Assembly: GCA_030603365.1 (NCBI GenBank)
Contig: JAUVXV010000002.1
Span: 192,001-256,000 of the forward strand
Source of the DNA: Candidatus Heimdallarchaeota archaeon
Lineage (GTDB): Archaea; Asgardarchaeota; Heimdallarchaeia; Heimdallarchaeales; Heimdallarchaeaceae
Direction: 5' to 3'
Length of the DNA stretch: 64,000 nt
Positions 49,907 to 60,390 of the stretch are shown piece after piece. A model generated the notes under the pieces. The model saw nothing but the letters and a program-made list of their open reading frames with translations. It ran no database searches and was not told where the DNA came from. Each line of letters starts with the position of its first letter. Positions within the stretch are counted from its first letter, which is position 1. A program made the position numbers and the translations under genes.

Positions 49907-50006
49907 AATAAATCTTACTATTTGACAATACGATGAATTAATCATTCTGCACGCATAATGCTTAAAAAAATTAAAAAAAGAGAATAGAAATAATCTTCAA
50001 AGGAGT

Positions 50007-50972
50007 TTATAGCTTCTTCAATAATTTATCAATCATTTTTCTTCGGTCTAACAGCCTTTTCCTTATGAAGGATTTCAGAAAATTCCTATCTTCTTCAGAA
50101 TCAGTAGCATCTAGGTGATCTTCTAGCAGATCTGGATGATTAACAAGAAAGTTCAGTTTAGGATAGGTTATTCCTTGTTCCATCACAGTAAAAATATAAG
50201 GCATTTCTTGGGGCTTATTTCTAAAAGAATCAAGTTTCTTCTTAAATTCGGGGGTTAAATCATCAGTTAGGGTCACAAGAATCTTTCTGAGAGGAAGCAG
50301 CCTAGATGGTAAGATTCCTTCAGATTGATGAATAGTTTTGTTTGTTTCAGTTTCAAAGATGAATGAAGATATATCCAAGAGTGAAGACATAACTCTGGAA
50401 AGTGATTTTCGCCCAATGTCTGTAATTATATAGATTTTCTTCAGCCTACCACCTTCTGGATCTTCTTTCATCATTTCAATTAAACCATTTTTCTCAAGCG
50501 AATCAATTGCGGGATATATCCCTGAAACATTGCTCCAAATAACTGAAGTTTCTATTATATCTATAGTTGAAATCGCTATATCTGCGATCAAATCTCTTGT
50601 GTATTCTATGTCCTCTTTACTAAGTGTGTAGTTTTCTGAAAGAATTTGTTGAAATCGTACATTATGTTTTAAAATGAGAAAATTATCAATTTCTTCTTTT
50701 ATTTCTTTCCTCTTTTCTTTAAAGTCTGAAGAATCAGTATTATATTGCGAAAGGAGTTCATTCAGCTCATTGAGTACTTTTAGATGCTTTTGAATTAAAA
50801 CTGCCTCTTGATTTTTTTTCTCAAAGAAAATTTCTGATGCTTTTTGACGCATTTCATAAGCATGCGAACCTTCTGGAGATTTAGCTAGATGTAAGAGAAT
50901 AGCTACTTCACCTAATTTTCTTATGAATTTTTCCTCATACTTTTCAATTACTGCATCTGAATCAGTACTCAT
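50007..50972 (-). CDS. PadR-like winged-helix regulator with large internal insertion (paralogue of the adjacent gene)
   Basis: ILLHLAKSPEGSHAYEMR ... SGIYPAIDSLEKNGLI ... KKIYIITDIGR. Confidence 0.78.
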   Translation of the reverse strand: MSTDSDAVIEKYEEKFIRKLGEVAILLHLAKSPEGSHAYEMRQKASEIFFEKKNQEAVLIQKHLKVLNELNELLSQYNTDSSDFKEKRKEIKEEIDNFLILKHNVRFQQILSENYTLSKEDIEYTRDLIADIAISTIDIIETSVIWSNVSGIYPAIDSLEKNGLIEMMKEDPEGGRLKKIYIITDIGRKSLSRVMSSLLDISSFIFETETNKTIHQSEGILPSRLLPLRKILVTLTDDLTPEFKKKLDSFRNKPQEMPYIFTVMEQGITYPKLNFLVNHPDLLEDHLDATDSEEDRNFLKSFIRKRLLDRRKMIDKLLKKL

Positions 50973-50986
50973 TTTCACACCTTGTC

Positions 50987-51763
50987 TCAATCATTGTTTC
51001 TGAATGGATTTAGCCTATCTCTGGTAATCTCACCATCTGTAATCATAACATCTCTAGAAGAGAATTCTGCTAGTTTAGGATCGTGAGAAACAGCTAATAT
51101 GGTAGTTCCTTTTTCTTTATTTATTTTCCTAAGAAGTTCAAGAACTTCTCCACCTGTTTGAGAGTCTAGATTTCCTGTTGGTTCATCCGCTAGAACTATA
51201 GGTGGTTCATTGATCAATGCTCTACAAATAGCAACTCGCTGCTTCTGTCCTCCAGAAAGTTCAGTAGGTTTATGATGCATACGGTCTTCTAAACCAGCGA
51301 TTTTCATCAGCTCGTTAGCTCTTGCTTTATCTTCCTTACTTATACCATAAGGTAAGAGAGGTAAGAGAACATTATCACGAGCAGAGAGTGTATCGATTAG
51401 AAAGATATCCTGAAAAACAAATCCTATCTTGTTCTTTCGGATAGTACTTAGCTTACGTTGATTCATCTGTGTAATTTCTGTTCCATCGATGAAAACTTCT
51501 CCACTAGTTGATGATGCCATGCACCCAAGTATTGTGAGGAGAGTACTTTTTCCACTTCCACTTGGACCCATTATTGTGATGAATTCTCCTCTTTCAACTT
51601 TGAAATTTACACCTCGTAAAGCTTGAACTTCAGCTGGAGAACCCTCAAAGAATTTTCTCCACAAATCTTTAATTTCAATAATAAGATCAGTAGAATCTTT
51701 TATTACTTCGCTTGCAATTTTAAGATGTTTCTGTGTTTCGTCTGTACTTACCATCATAATCAC
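50987..51763 (-). CDS. LolD/MacB-type ABC ATPase
   Basis: [32 protein letters not shown]. Confidence 0.93.
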   Translation of the reverse strand: MIMMVSTDETQKHLKIASEVIKDSTDLIIEIKDLWRKFFEGSPAEVQALRGVNFKVERGEFITIMGPSGSGKSTLLTILGCMASSTSGEVFIDGTEITQMNQRKLSTIRKNKIGFVFQDIFLIDTLSARDNVLLPLLPYGISKEDKARANELMKIAGLEDRMHHKPTELSGGQKQRVAICRALINEPPIVLADEPTGNLDSQTGGEVLELLRKINKEKGTTILAVSHDPKLAEFSSRDVMITDGEITRDRLNPFRNND

Positions 51764-53095
51764 CTAACTTCCTTGTAAAACCTCCATAGGTTTAACAGAA
51801 CTTGCTCTAATTCCAGGATAAAGTCCGCCCAATATCCCTATTCCTACTGCGATGGCTATAGCTGTGAAGAATATTCCTGGAGTTATTACAGCAGAAAATG
51901 GCATTCCACCAGCTGCTGTTGAAGCCATCAATCTTTCAAGACCTTTTATAGACAAGAAGGAGAATATAATTCCAACTAACGATCCGGCTATACCTAGTGT
52001 AATGCTTTCAATTAATACTGAGTAGAGAATGTGACCTTCTTTCCAGCCTGTAGCTTTTAAAATAGCAAATTCTTTAGATCTTCCTTCGACTCCAACTAGT
52101 TGTGCTATTATTACACCCATACTACCAGAAATTACTACTATTATGGTAACAACGCTTATCACTATATCCTGAGTTGCCATTAAATCATCCATTGTTTCAA
52201 GTGCTGAAGCTAAGGATAATGAGGCAAATTTCATTTCTGGATATTGAATTTCCAGGTAAGCTATTAGTTCATCTATAAACTTGTTGACATCTTCTGAATT
52301 ATCAATTGATGTACGTACTGCAACAACATTGGGATTATCGATTCCAAAATGAGTGGGATCTAAACCAAAGGGAGTATAATGAAACATATAGTTCATTGTA
52401 TCGTTTCGCAACAGTTCAAATAGAACATTGTTAGTCACATTAATTGGCACATAGATATCATATCCTGTTACCATTATGGACTGTTGGATTCCACCAACAT
52501 CAGCTGATGTTATACCAACGATTTCTAAATCATAAGTGTAAGTTGTGTTAACCGAAATTGAAAATGTTTTTCCTATGTCAAATACCTCTGAATTATTTTC
52601 AAAGAGTGCATAAGGAATGATACATTCATCTTGATTGAATTCGAAATAACTTGACTCTTCAGTCAATTCCTCCAATTCAGAGTAAATCTCAGTGAAATCA
52701 TCTAAATCTTCTATCCCCCTAATGTTAATCCCCATAGGCGTTCCAAATACTGTCGTACCTAATATATCCGTATAGTTGTTAACCGTAGCTGGTAAAATCT
52801 GCTCAGTTGCTACTGCAGAAATTGCTGAGCTATTTTCAAAATTCATTATAGTGTCTGTGATATTAGCTGGTAACTGAGAGGCATACGTAAAGGGTGTATC
52901 CTTCTCCTGTAACTGAAAAGTTCCAACTAATTCACTAAAAATATCGTTGAAAGTTTCATCCATTCCAGTTGTAAAAGCATTAATTGTAACTTGCATGGTA
53001 ATAGCTATAGTAATACCTGTAATTGCAAGAATGGCAACGATCTTTCTTCTAAACGCGTTTTTAAACGCAAACCATGTAACTTTTCCAATCTTCAT
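51764..53095 (-). CDS. MacB/FtsX-family ABC permease
   Basis: N-terminal TM, extracytoplasmic domain, RSKEFAILKATGW, GGLYPGIRAS..P.EVL. Confidence 0.92.
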   Translation of the reverse strand: MKIGKVTWFAFKNAFRRKIVAILAITGITIAITMQVTINAFTTGMDETFNDIFSELVGTFQLQEKDTPFTYASQLPANITDTIMNFENSSAISAVATEQILPATVNNYTDILGTTVFGTPMGINIRGIEDLDDFTEIYSELEELTEESSYFEFNQDECIIPYALFENNSEVFDIGKTFSISVNTTYTYDLEIVGITSADVGGIQQSIMVTGYDIYVPINVTNNVLFELLRNDTMNYMFHYTPFGLDPTHFGIDNPNVVAVRTSIDNSEDVNKFIDELIAYLEIQYPEMKFASLSLASALETMDDLMATQDIVISVVTIIVVISGSMGVIIAQLVGVEGRSKEFAILKATGWKEGHILYSVLIESITLGIAGSLVGIIFSFLSIKGLERLMASTAAGGMPFSAVITPGIFFTAIAIAVGIGILGGLYPGIRASSVKPMEVLQGS

Positions 53096-53121
53096 ATAAT
53101 TAACCTCTTGTTCAGAATCGG

Positions 53122-53145
53122 CAATATTCAGATTTCTGAATATTG
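53122..53145. promoter_or_regulatory. Perfect 11-2-11 palindrome (operator) just downstream of a TATA box
   Basis: CAATATTCAGA TT TCTGAATATTG. The minus-strand TTTTATATA at 53167-53159 places the expected TSS inside the palindrome. Confidence 0.7.
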
Positions 53146-53196
53146 GTAAAAATGAACATATATAAAAGTAACTATTTGCAAAAGAACAAAGAGTGA

Positions 53197-54822
53197 TTAA
53201 TCTTCAAGCATATACTTGTAAGTGTATTCTTTTGGAGGAGTGAAACTTTCTTTAATAGTTCTTGCTGAAATCCACCTTAACAGATTCAAGTAACTACCAG
53301 CTTTGTCATTAGTCCCAGAAGATCTTGCACCACCAAAGGGTTGCTGACCTACAACAGCCCCAGTAGGTTTTGAATTAATGTAGAAATTGCCTGCAGCATT
53401 TCTTAAAGCCTTATTTGCCAGATCTATAGCATGTCTATCTTTAGCAAAAATTGATCCAGTTAATGCATAAGGGGATGTATTATCACACAATTCTAGTGTT
53501 TCATTGAATGTTTCATCTTGATAGATATAGATAGTCAGAACAGGTCCAAAAATTTCTTCTTCCATTGTTTTAAACTTGGGATTTGAAGTTACAATTGTAG
53601 TTGGTTCAATGAAATATCCATTTGAGTTGTCATAATTCCCTCCAGTAATAATTTCTGCTTCCTCTGAGTTCTTAGCAAAGTCTATGAATTTGGTAATGTT
53701 ATTGAAAGCTGGTTGATCGATTACTGCGTTGATGAAAGTTGAAAAATCTTCAACATCACCTTGCTTAATCTCATCTGTAGCTTTTACTAATTTGGTCTTC
53801 ACTCTTTCCCACATACTCTCTGGGATATAGGCTCTACTAGCGGCTGAACATTTCTGTCCTTGAAATTCAAAAGCACCCCGAATTAAAGCTGTAGATACTT
53901 CATCTACATCTGCAGAATTATGAACAAAGACAAAATCTTTACCTCCTGTTTCTCCAACAATTCTTGGGTAGGTACGGTATTTTGCAATATTTTCACCAAC
54001 CTTTTTCCACATCCATTGAAAGGTTCCTGTTGCACCAGTAAAATGAACTCCTGCTAAATCAGGATGATCCAATACTTGTTTTCCTATTAATGATCCTTGG
54101 CCTGGAACAAAATTAATTACACCACCTGGCAATCCTGCATCCATCAAAATTTGCATAATATAATAAGCAGGATAGACAGCTGATGATGCAGGTTTCCACA
54201 CTACTGTATTCCCCATAAGAGCTGGAGAAGTAGGGAGGTTACCAGCAATTGAGATGAAATTAAAAGGTGTGACTGCAAAAACAAATCCTTCTAATGGTCT
54301 GTACTCCAACCTATTCCACTGACCTTCTGGTGAGCTCGGTTGTTGAGAATATATTTGAGTCATGTAATTAGCATTAAATCTTAAGAAATCTATCATCTCA
54401 ACTACATCAACTTCAGCTTGGTAAACATTCTTGCTAATACCTAACATAGTAGATGCATTCATTATTTGTCTATAGGGACCAGCCATCAAATTAGCTGCTT
54501 TCAAGAAAATCGCTGCTCTGTTAGACCAGTGAAAAGATTCCCATTTTTCCTTAGCATTTAAAGCAGACTCGATAGCTGAATCTACTTCTTCACGACCTGC
54601 TTTGTTAAAATCAGCTAGAATATACTGATGATTATGAGGAGGAACACAAGTTCCTTTATTGTCAGTTAAAATTTCCATACCATCAATTATGAGAGGTATT
54701 TCGAATCTCTCTCGTATGAAATCTAATGCTTTCTTCAAATCTTTTCTTTCTTTACTTCCAGGAAGATAACCTAGAATCTTCTCATTCTTAGGTTCTGGAA
54801 CCTGAAAAATACCATCTTTCAA
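53197..54822 (-). CDS. pruA: L-glutamate gamma-semialdehyde (P5C) dehydrogenase
   Basis: EYRPLEGFVFAVTPFNF, FTG, GETGGKDF, QGQKCSAASR, EEIFGP, AAGNFYIN, GQQPFGGARSSGTNDKAGS. Confidence 0.95.
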   Translation of the reverse strand: MKDGIFQVPEPKNEKILGYLPGSKERKDLKKALDFIRERFEIPLIIDGMEILTDNKGTCVPPHNHQYILADFNKAGREEVDSAIESALNAKEKWESFHWSNRAAIFLKAANLMAGPYRQIMNASTMLGISKNVYQAEVDVVEMIDFLRFNANYMTQIYSQQPSSPEGQWNRLEYRPLEGFVFAVTPFNFISIAGNLPTSPALMGNTVVWKPASSAVYPAYYIMQILMDAGLPGGVINFVPGQGSLIGKQVLDHPDLAGVHFTGATGTFQWMWKKVGENIAKYRTYPRIVGETGGKDFVFVHNSADVDEVSTALIRGAFEFQGQKCSAASRAYIPESMWERVKTKLVKATDEIKQGDVEDFSTFINAVIDQPAFNNITKFIDFAKNSEEAEIITGGNYDNSNGYFIEPTTIVTSNPKFKTMEEEIFGPVLTIYIYQDETFNETLELCDNTSPYALTGSIFAKDRHAIDLANKALRNAAGNFYINSKPTGAVVGQQPFGGARSSGTNDKAGSYLNLLRWISARTIKESFTPPKEYTYKYMLED

Positions 54823-54922
54823 AGTAATATCACCTGATAAAATAATTCTAATTCACACTAGGTGATTTTTTCTTTTTATATCATTGGGAATAACAAAAAA
54901 ATGAATTACGAAGAATATGTGT

Positions 54923-55708
54923 TTACTCCTCGTCAGGTAAATACCTTTCTTCTTCTTTAGCAAGTTTCACCATATCTTTGTAGGCTTCTTTCACTTTATC
55001 ATCTTCACCAATAAATAGAAAATGTAATGACCCTTCTCCTGTTCCAACTCCACTTGAACCGATCTGGAAAACATTAACTTCTGGGTAAAGTAAATCAAAT
55101 GCTTCAAATTCAGTAAAAACTTCTCCAGGTATAGGCATAATACCTATTGGATATCCCATCGAATATTCTGGGTCTATAGTTTTATTTCCCAAAATCTGCG
55201 ACAATTCCCAAACACTATCATCTATCGATCGGGAAATGCTAATTGGAATAATTATACTTATTCCACGAGCTATTGCTGTAGGCAAGAAAGCTCCGACTGT
55301 CCCCCCTACAGGATGAGCCATATAAACTCCTGCTATACCATCAGCTCCAAGAGCGTTACCACCTTTAATAATAACATCTTCTGGTTGAAATTCATCTATA
55401 GTTTCTCTGAGGTTGTTAATTTCAACTTTCTTCCCTTTATCTAGAACAACCTCTTTCAACCTTTTTTCTACTTTGAGACCACCAAGTCTAAACAACTTTT
55501 CTTTATCCCCGGTAACCTGTCCAGCAACATAATGTGACTTATTAAATTCTTCATCTAATAATTCTTCTAAGATGTAAGCTGTTGTTGATCCTCTAGAGAT
55601 GAAAATTTTGTTGTTTTCTAATGCTTCTTTTATCTCAGGATGTTCCATAAGACCTTTAGCAATAAGCCTTTTACATTCAGTGTGAGTTAAAACTACTAAT
55701 GCGCGCAT
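54923..55708 (-). CDS. Conserved hypothetical alpha/beta protein
   Basis: LTxxExKRLIAKG, GSTT, IKGGNAL, GGTVG, GVGTGEG; function unclear. Confidence 0.75.
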   Translation of the reverse strand: MRALVVLTHTECKRLIAKGLMEHPEIKEALENNKIFISRGSTTAYILEELLDEEFNKSHYVAGQVTGDKEKLFRLGGLKVEKRLKEVVLDKGKKVEINNLRETIDEFQPEDVIIKGGNALGADGIAGVYMAHPVGGTVGAFLPTAIARGISIIIPISISRSIDDSVWELSQILGNKTIDPEYSMGYPIGIMPIPGEVFTEFEAFDLLYPEVNVFQIGSSGVGTGEGSLHFLFIGEDDKVKEAYKDMVKLAKEEERYLPDEE

Positions 55709-55771
55709 AAGATTCCAGTATAAGACAAAAATAAAAATGTTTTCTAGAAAAATAAGAAGGAGAGAAGAAGA

Positions 55772-58700
55772 TCATTTTTTGTTTAGATATTCTTCTATGT
55801 TAGTTTGAGCAAATGGTGCTATTGAAGCCAGATCTTCTGTTAAGATATAGAGCACATTCAGTGTTATTTCTTCTTGAGGTTCCAATTTTATTTTCTTTGT
55901 CTGACATCCTAAAGTTGCGTAGGAGTAGTTAGGAGTATATGGTGAAATTTGAGTATAGTACTTATTTGAAAGGATTACTGAACCAATAATATAATCGTGT
56001 TTAGCATTTTTATAGGCGACCCATTTAGCATGAGTATCATGGTGACTCCCAACATAAGACTGATGTTCATTTAAGTTAAATTTCATAACTTTTCCACCTG
56101 ATTCAACATAATATTCATCGTCTGGTCCACCTGTGGTTTTAACAGAAATGTCAATTATTGAATCAAACCGTTTGATAGCAGAGGAATGATTCTTTATGAT
56201 TTGTTGATGTAACAGAAAGGGAGAATCAGGTAAGGTTAGGTAATGATTGGTCACTTGTAGTCCTTTCAAACTTGGTGCATACTCGATAATATTAGATTGG
56301 AATCCTATTCCTTCCCATGCATTCTCTTTAATAATGAATGCTTTAAATTTCAATCTATTATAATCATGGTCTTTCCATTGGTTCAAAACATTAATTCCAC
56401 CCCCTATTCCACCGTAGAATTCATTAGTCCAAACAAAGGGAACAACCTTTGGGAAGAAAGATTTTAGGTAATTGCTATCATTATCTATGCATAATTCAAA
56501 GATTTGTCCTCTATGTTCTGAACTTCCTTTAAATCTGAGAAAACCATTATCCACTTCATAATAGCTTTTTTCATCTTGTTGCTCTTCTTTGATTGTTATA
56601 TTTTTGGATTCATCAAAAACACCTATAGCAATAGAATTCTCATAAACCGCAGATAAAGTGTTAAAAACCATTTTTCCTGAATATAGTCTTCTTGTTAGAG
56701 GTTCAATTTCAAACTTCAACAACAATGAAGATGTCCTTGTTTTATCAATTGTCTTTTCTTCAGGTTTGATTATTAAATTATTAAAATCTAGCTGAATACT
56801 CCCCTTCATCTCAGATTCTTTGAATGTGTTGATTTTCACAAACATCTCTTTAGATCCCTTTTTTAGTACGATCCCTTTACTCCTATATTCTGATGTTTCA
56901 GTGGGATATAGTCCAACAGTCTTTAATTCATCTAATTCCCTCATTAAAGCAAGTTCAGTATCTGGAGTGTTGAGATACTTCTCTCTCCACTTCTGTTGTA
57001 CTTGTTGCCAAGAATCTGTAAAACAAAACCAGATTTTAGAGGTCTCAAATGACTGCTTGGTCTTTAAATCAGGTACTTTTTCTTCAATACTGTTGCCATA
57101 TATTTTATCAGCTTTTGTAAGGTCATATAAGCAACCGATGTAGCCCTCTAAATATTTTTGACAATTCCATCCTTCCTGAAAATCTGAAGGTTTATTTGGA
57201 TGATCTATTTGTATTTCAGGAAAATTGAATTCCTTTATACCTTCTTTTAAATGAAGGATATATTTCTCGAACCTGCTACCTCTCCACCACCAATACTCAG
57301 TTTTTGCTCCTAAATTATCTACTAGATCCTGAGAAGTATTTTCTATATTGAAATAAATTCCAAAAGGAGAATCATCATTTGGAACAAAGAATTTTCTTGT
57401 AAATTTAATTCCTGGTTTACTGTCTGAAAATGCGCTAGAATGTAACCATAAACCATCCTCGGCTATATTGATAGTGTGATCTAATTGTTTGGTATAAAAT
57501 TCGCTTCCCTCGGTGTCGAAAGGATAACCAAGAACCATGTTATAACCATCTCTCTTAAGATTTCTATTTTTATCAATTACAGTTAACCTATTTTCTTTAA
57601 CATTGTAACCCTTATAGAAACTTAGTCGAATATCTCTATTTTCAAGAAAAACTTCTTCACCAATTTCATAGCTCAAGGCTTTGTTCTTATCAAAAATGAT
57701 TATAGGTAATTTTCTGGATATAATCACAGTTCCATCTGGTTGTGAAACTGTGATATCGAAGTAGTCAACCATAGAAGGAGTTTTTCCAACCTTCAGTGGA
57801 ATTTTCAATAAAGAATCGTATTTAGATACTAGGATATTGAAAATTGATTCCTCAAAAGAGAGTAAATCACTACCTACTACTTCCACTAAAATGTCTTCCT
57901 TATCAACACCTGTAAAGTTTTGAATTTCAATCGGAAGAATTATCTCAGAGTCTGGTTTAGTGATAAAATTCTTTGGATATGTTAGAACATCGATAGCATT
58001 CTTGGGTATTTTTCCGAGCGTAATTGGAAAAGTAGATTCATTTACTATAATTTCGAACTTAATTTCGTGAGTACTAAAAGCCTGTGGGTGAGTTTTAATA
58101 TCAAGTTCATCTGTACCAGAGATAAAAGAACCAGTATAGTTAATCACTTTTTCTTCATTTGGTTCAAGTGCCAAGTTAGCTTGTTTTTCTCCAGAAAAAA
58201 TAATATCAGAAGTTGCTGAAACAGATAAAGAAATAGAGAGTTTTTCCAACCCATTATTCTTTAACTTCAATTCAATAGGAAATTCCTCTACGCCGATAAA
58301 AGCTTGAGAATCTGGAGTTCTTGCTTGAATATGAAGATTGACGTTATCATTTTTCATATGGAATCCACTTATTCTACCGATAGTTCTGTCGATCCAGACA
58401 TTAAGAGAATCACCTTGTTCAGTTTCAAAGAAATACTCATAGACCGCCATCTTTTCATCAAAAGTTTCATCCATTTCTTGATCTGTAACTGGTTTAAAAA
58501 TCTCATACCAACCATTCTGTGTGAAAAATTCCTTAAAGAATGGATGATTGAGTATTTGAGGGATGTAATTAACCATGTAAACATCTGTTCCTGGACGCCA
58601 TTTGTATCCTTGACGTCTATATAAAGGAAAAGCTTTGAGATTTCCACTCCAAGTATGAAGACCAATAAATCTGCAATTTTTCTCTAACGCAAATTGAGTT

Positions 58701-59065
58701 CCTTTCAGTAGGAGGGCTTTACCATATTTTTGCCCTTGATATTCAGGATCAACACCAAGAATTCCAACATAATATGAATCTACTATATCCCAGCTTCGAC
58801 TGCATAGACATACACCTACCATCTTGGACGGATCATCTTCAGCATCAACAACGAATAATGGTTCGAAGATTTGATCTTTGTATCTGTCTTCTGCCCATTC
58901 TTCAGTGAAGATAAATGATCCTCCAAAACCACCTGGCCAGGAATCTGAGTCTTTAAACGAATTAAAGCATCTTGCTAAGGCTGCATAATCATGTTTTTCT
59001 GGTTTCATAGTCCTTACAAGCTTGGTCTTTTCATCTTGGGGAAAAGGTATCATAAGATAGACCAT
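55772..59065 (-). CDS. Large protein with N-terminal GNAT acetyltransferase domain and multiple beta-rich domains
   Basis: LGVDPEYQGQKYGKALL (acetyl-CoA motif A), HTWSGNLKAFPLYRRQGY. Confidence 0.85.
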   Translation of the reverse strand: MVYLMIPFPQDEKTKLVRTMKPEKHDYAALARCFNSFKDSDSWPGGFGGSFIFTEEWAEDRYKDQIFEPLFVVDAEDDPSKMVGVCLCSRSWDIVDSYYVGILGVDPEYQGQKYGKALLLKGTQFALEKNCRFIGLHTWSGNLKAFPLYRRQGYKWRPGTDVYMVNYIPQILNHPFFKEFFTQNGWYEIFKPVTDQEMDETFDEKMAVYEYFFETEQGDSLNVWIDRTIGRISGFHMKNDNVNLHIQARTPDSQAFIGVEEFPIELKLKNNGLEKLSISLSVSATSDIIFSGEKQANLALEPNEEKVINYTGSFISGTDELDIKTHPQAFSTHEIKFEIIVNESTFPITLGKIPKNAIDVLTYPKNFITKPDSEIILPIEIQNFTGVDKEDILVEVVGSDLLSFEESIFNILVSKYDSLLKIPLKVGKTPSMVDYFDITVSQPDGTVIISRKLPIIIFDKNKALSYEIGEEVFLENRDIRLSFYKGYNVKENRLTVIDKNRNLKRDGYNMVLGYPFDTEGSEFYTKQLDHTINIAEDGLWLHSSAFSDSKPGIKFTRKFFVPNDDSPFGIYFNIENTSQDLVDNLGAKTEYWWWRGSRFEKYILHLKEGIKEFNFPEIQIDHPNKPSDFQEGWNCQKYLEGYIGCLYDLTKADKIYGNSIEEKVPDLKTKQSFETSKIWFCFTDSWQQVQQKWREKYLNTPDTELALMRELDELKTVGLYPTETSEYRSKGIVLKKGSKEMFVKINTFKESEMKGSIQLDFNNLIIKPEEKTIDKTRTSSLLLKFEIEPLTRRLYSGKMVFNTLSAVYENSIAIGVFDESKNITIKEEQQDEKSYYEVDNGFLRFKGSSEHRGQIFELCIDNDSNYLKSFFPKVVPFVWTNEFYGGIGGGINVLNQWKDHDYNRLKFKAFIIKENAWEGIGFQSNIIEYAPSLKGLQVTNHYLTLPDSPFLLHQQIIKNHSSAIKRFDSIIDISVKTTGGPDDEYYVESGGKVMKFNLNEHQSYVGSHHDTHAKWVAYKNAKHDYIIGSVILSNKYYTQISPYTPNYSYATLGCQTKKIKLEPQEEITLNVLYILTEDLASIAPFAQTNIEEYLNKK

Positions 59066-59368
59066 GCAAAAAAAAGGTTATGAGTTTTATCATCTGCGTT
59101 TTTTTCGAATGGTTAAAATATTCGTATAAAATATGCCTGAAAATTATGTAATTTTCAGTGAAGGAATAGAAAAAGATTATATAGAATTTCTTTCAGGAAC
59201 AATAGCAAAAATTATAGTAGCTGATAAGGAAGTAAATTTAGTAAACAAGGAAGAATAACACTAGTTGATAAATTCACTTCAACTTATTTTGATGTGATTA
59301 AAAAGACGTCAAAACCTATATTAATCATGAATGCATAGCATGTTTAATTTAGAAATGAAGTGATATAA

Positions 59369-59827
59369 TTGAATAAAAAACTAGTAATATCATTGGTTTC
59401 AATTTTCTCAATTTTCTTTATCATGAATACTGCTATTGCTCATACACCATCATCTATATCTATGGATTACAATTACTCCAGCAATGTCTTAGAGTTTAGA
59501 GTGAATCATGCCGTTAGTGATGTCAACACTCACTATATAGAGTTGATTGAAATTTTTGTAAACGATGTTTTCAACCAATCACGACCCTATACTTCACAAA
59601 CTACAACTTCCTATCATGAAGATACATTTACAGTACCAGCAGACATAGGTGATGTAATTAAACTGGTAGCATACTGCAACGTAGCAGGTTCTTTGACAGA
59701 TGAAATAGTTATTGAAGACCCAAATGGAAATGGCACTGGAACAGAAAAAACTTCAGCAGAATCAGTACTGATTGTTTCTCTTGCTTTAGCAATAGGATTT
59801 ATTCTAATGAGAAGAAGAAAATTTTAA
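59369..59827 (+). CDS. Secreted, membrane-anchored desulfoferrodoxin/superoxide-reductase-like Ig-fold protein
   Basis: Signal peptide AIA|HTP, NHAV...HYIELIEI, AYCNVAG, C-terminal TM + RRRKF. Confidence 0.6.
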   Translation: MNKKLVISLVSIFSIFFIMNTAIAHTPSSISMDYNYSSNVLEFRVNHAVSDVNTHYIELIEIFVNDVFNQSRPYTSQTTTSYHEDTFTVPADIGDVIKLVAYCNVAGSLTDEIVIEDPNGNGTGTEKTSAESVLIVSLALAIGFILMRRRKF

Positions 59828-59916
59828 ACTGTTTTCCTTTTTTTCCATTTTTTGTGACATACTTTTTAATATTCTTATAATTATTATTATTCTGAAAGAA
59901 ATTAATCGGTGCTGAA

Positions 59917-60369
59917 GTGACTGTAAACAGATCAATTATCCGAAAGAACTCTAATATTCCTGCAAAACCTCCTTTGCTACGTTTTACAATTGTTGATTTA
60001 AGTGGTTTAGCTGTTTTTCATCGTTCTTTTATTACTGAGGTGATGGATGAGTTACTCTTCAGTGGTTTTAGTGCCGCAATGATTGCATTTTCTAGAGAAT
60101 TAGGTTCAGAGCTATACTGTATTCAAATGGAAGGAGTAAATTACTATTTCAGAACGAAAGAAGATTTTATCCTTGTCGTGGGGATGTATCCTCGTGTAAG
60201 ACCATCCAGTGCGAAGAGATTTCTAAGATTGATATATGAGATAGTGAATTGGGAAGAACTTGATGGATATCTCAACAAAGCAACCTATTTCCAAACTGAT
60301 GAATTTATGGAAAAAGTTGAACAAGTAATCTTAGATTTTCAGATAAGGTTTAAACATCTTATAAGGTGA
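59917..60369 (+). CDS. Longin-like domain protein (eukaryotic signature protein type)
   Basis: FTIVDLSGLAVFHRSF - DELLFSGFSAAMIAFSREL - beta hairpin - FILVVG - helix, the pattern of longin folds. Confidence 0.7.
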   Translation: MTVNRSIIRKNSNIPAKPPLLRFTIVDLSGLAVFHRSFITEVMDELLFSGFSAAMIAFSRELGSELYCIQMEGVNYYFRTKEDFILVVGMYPRVRPSSAKRFLRLIYEIVNWEELDGYLNKATYFQTDEFMEKVEQVILDFQIRFKHLIR

Positions 60370-60390
60370 ATTACTAATTTATTGAAATGG

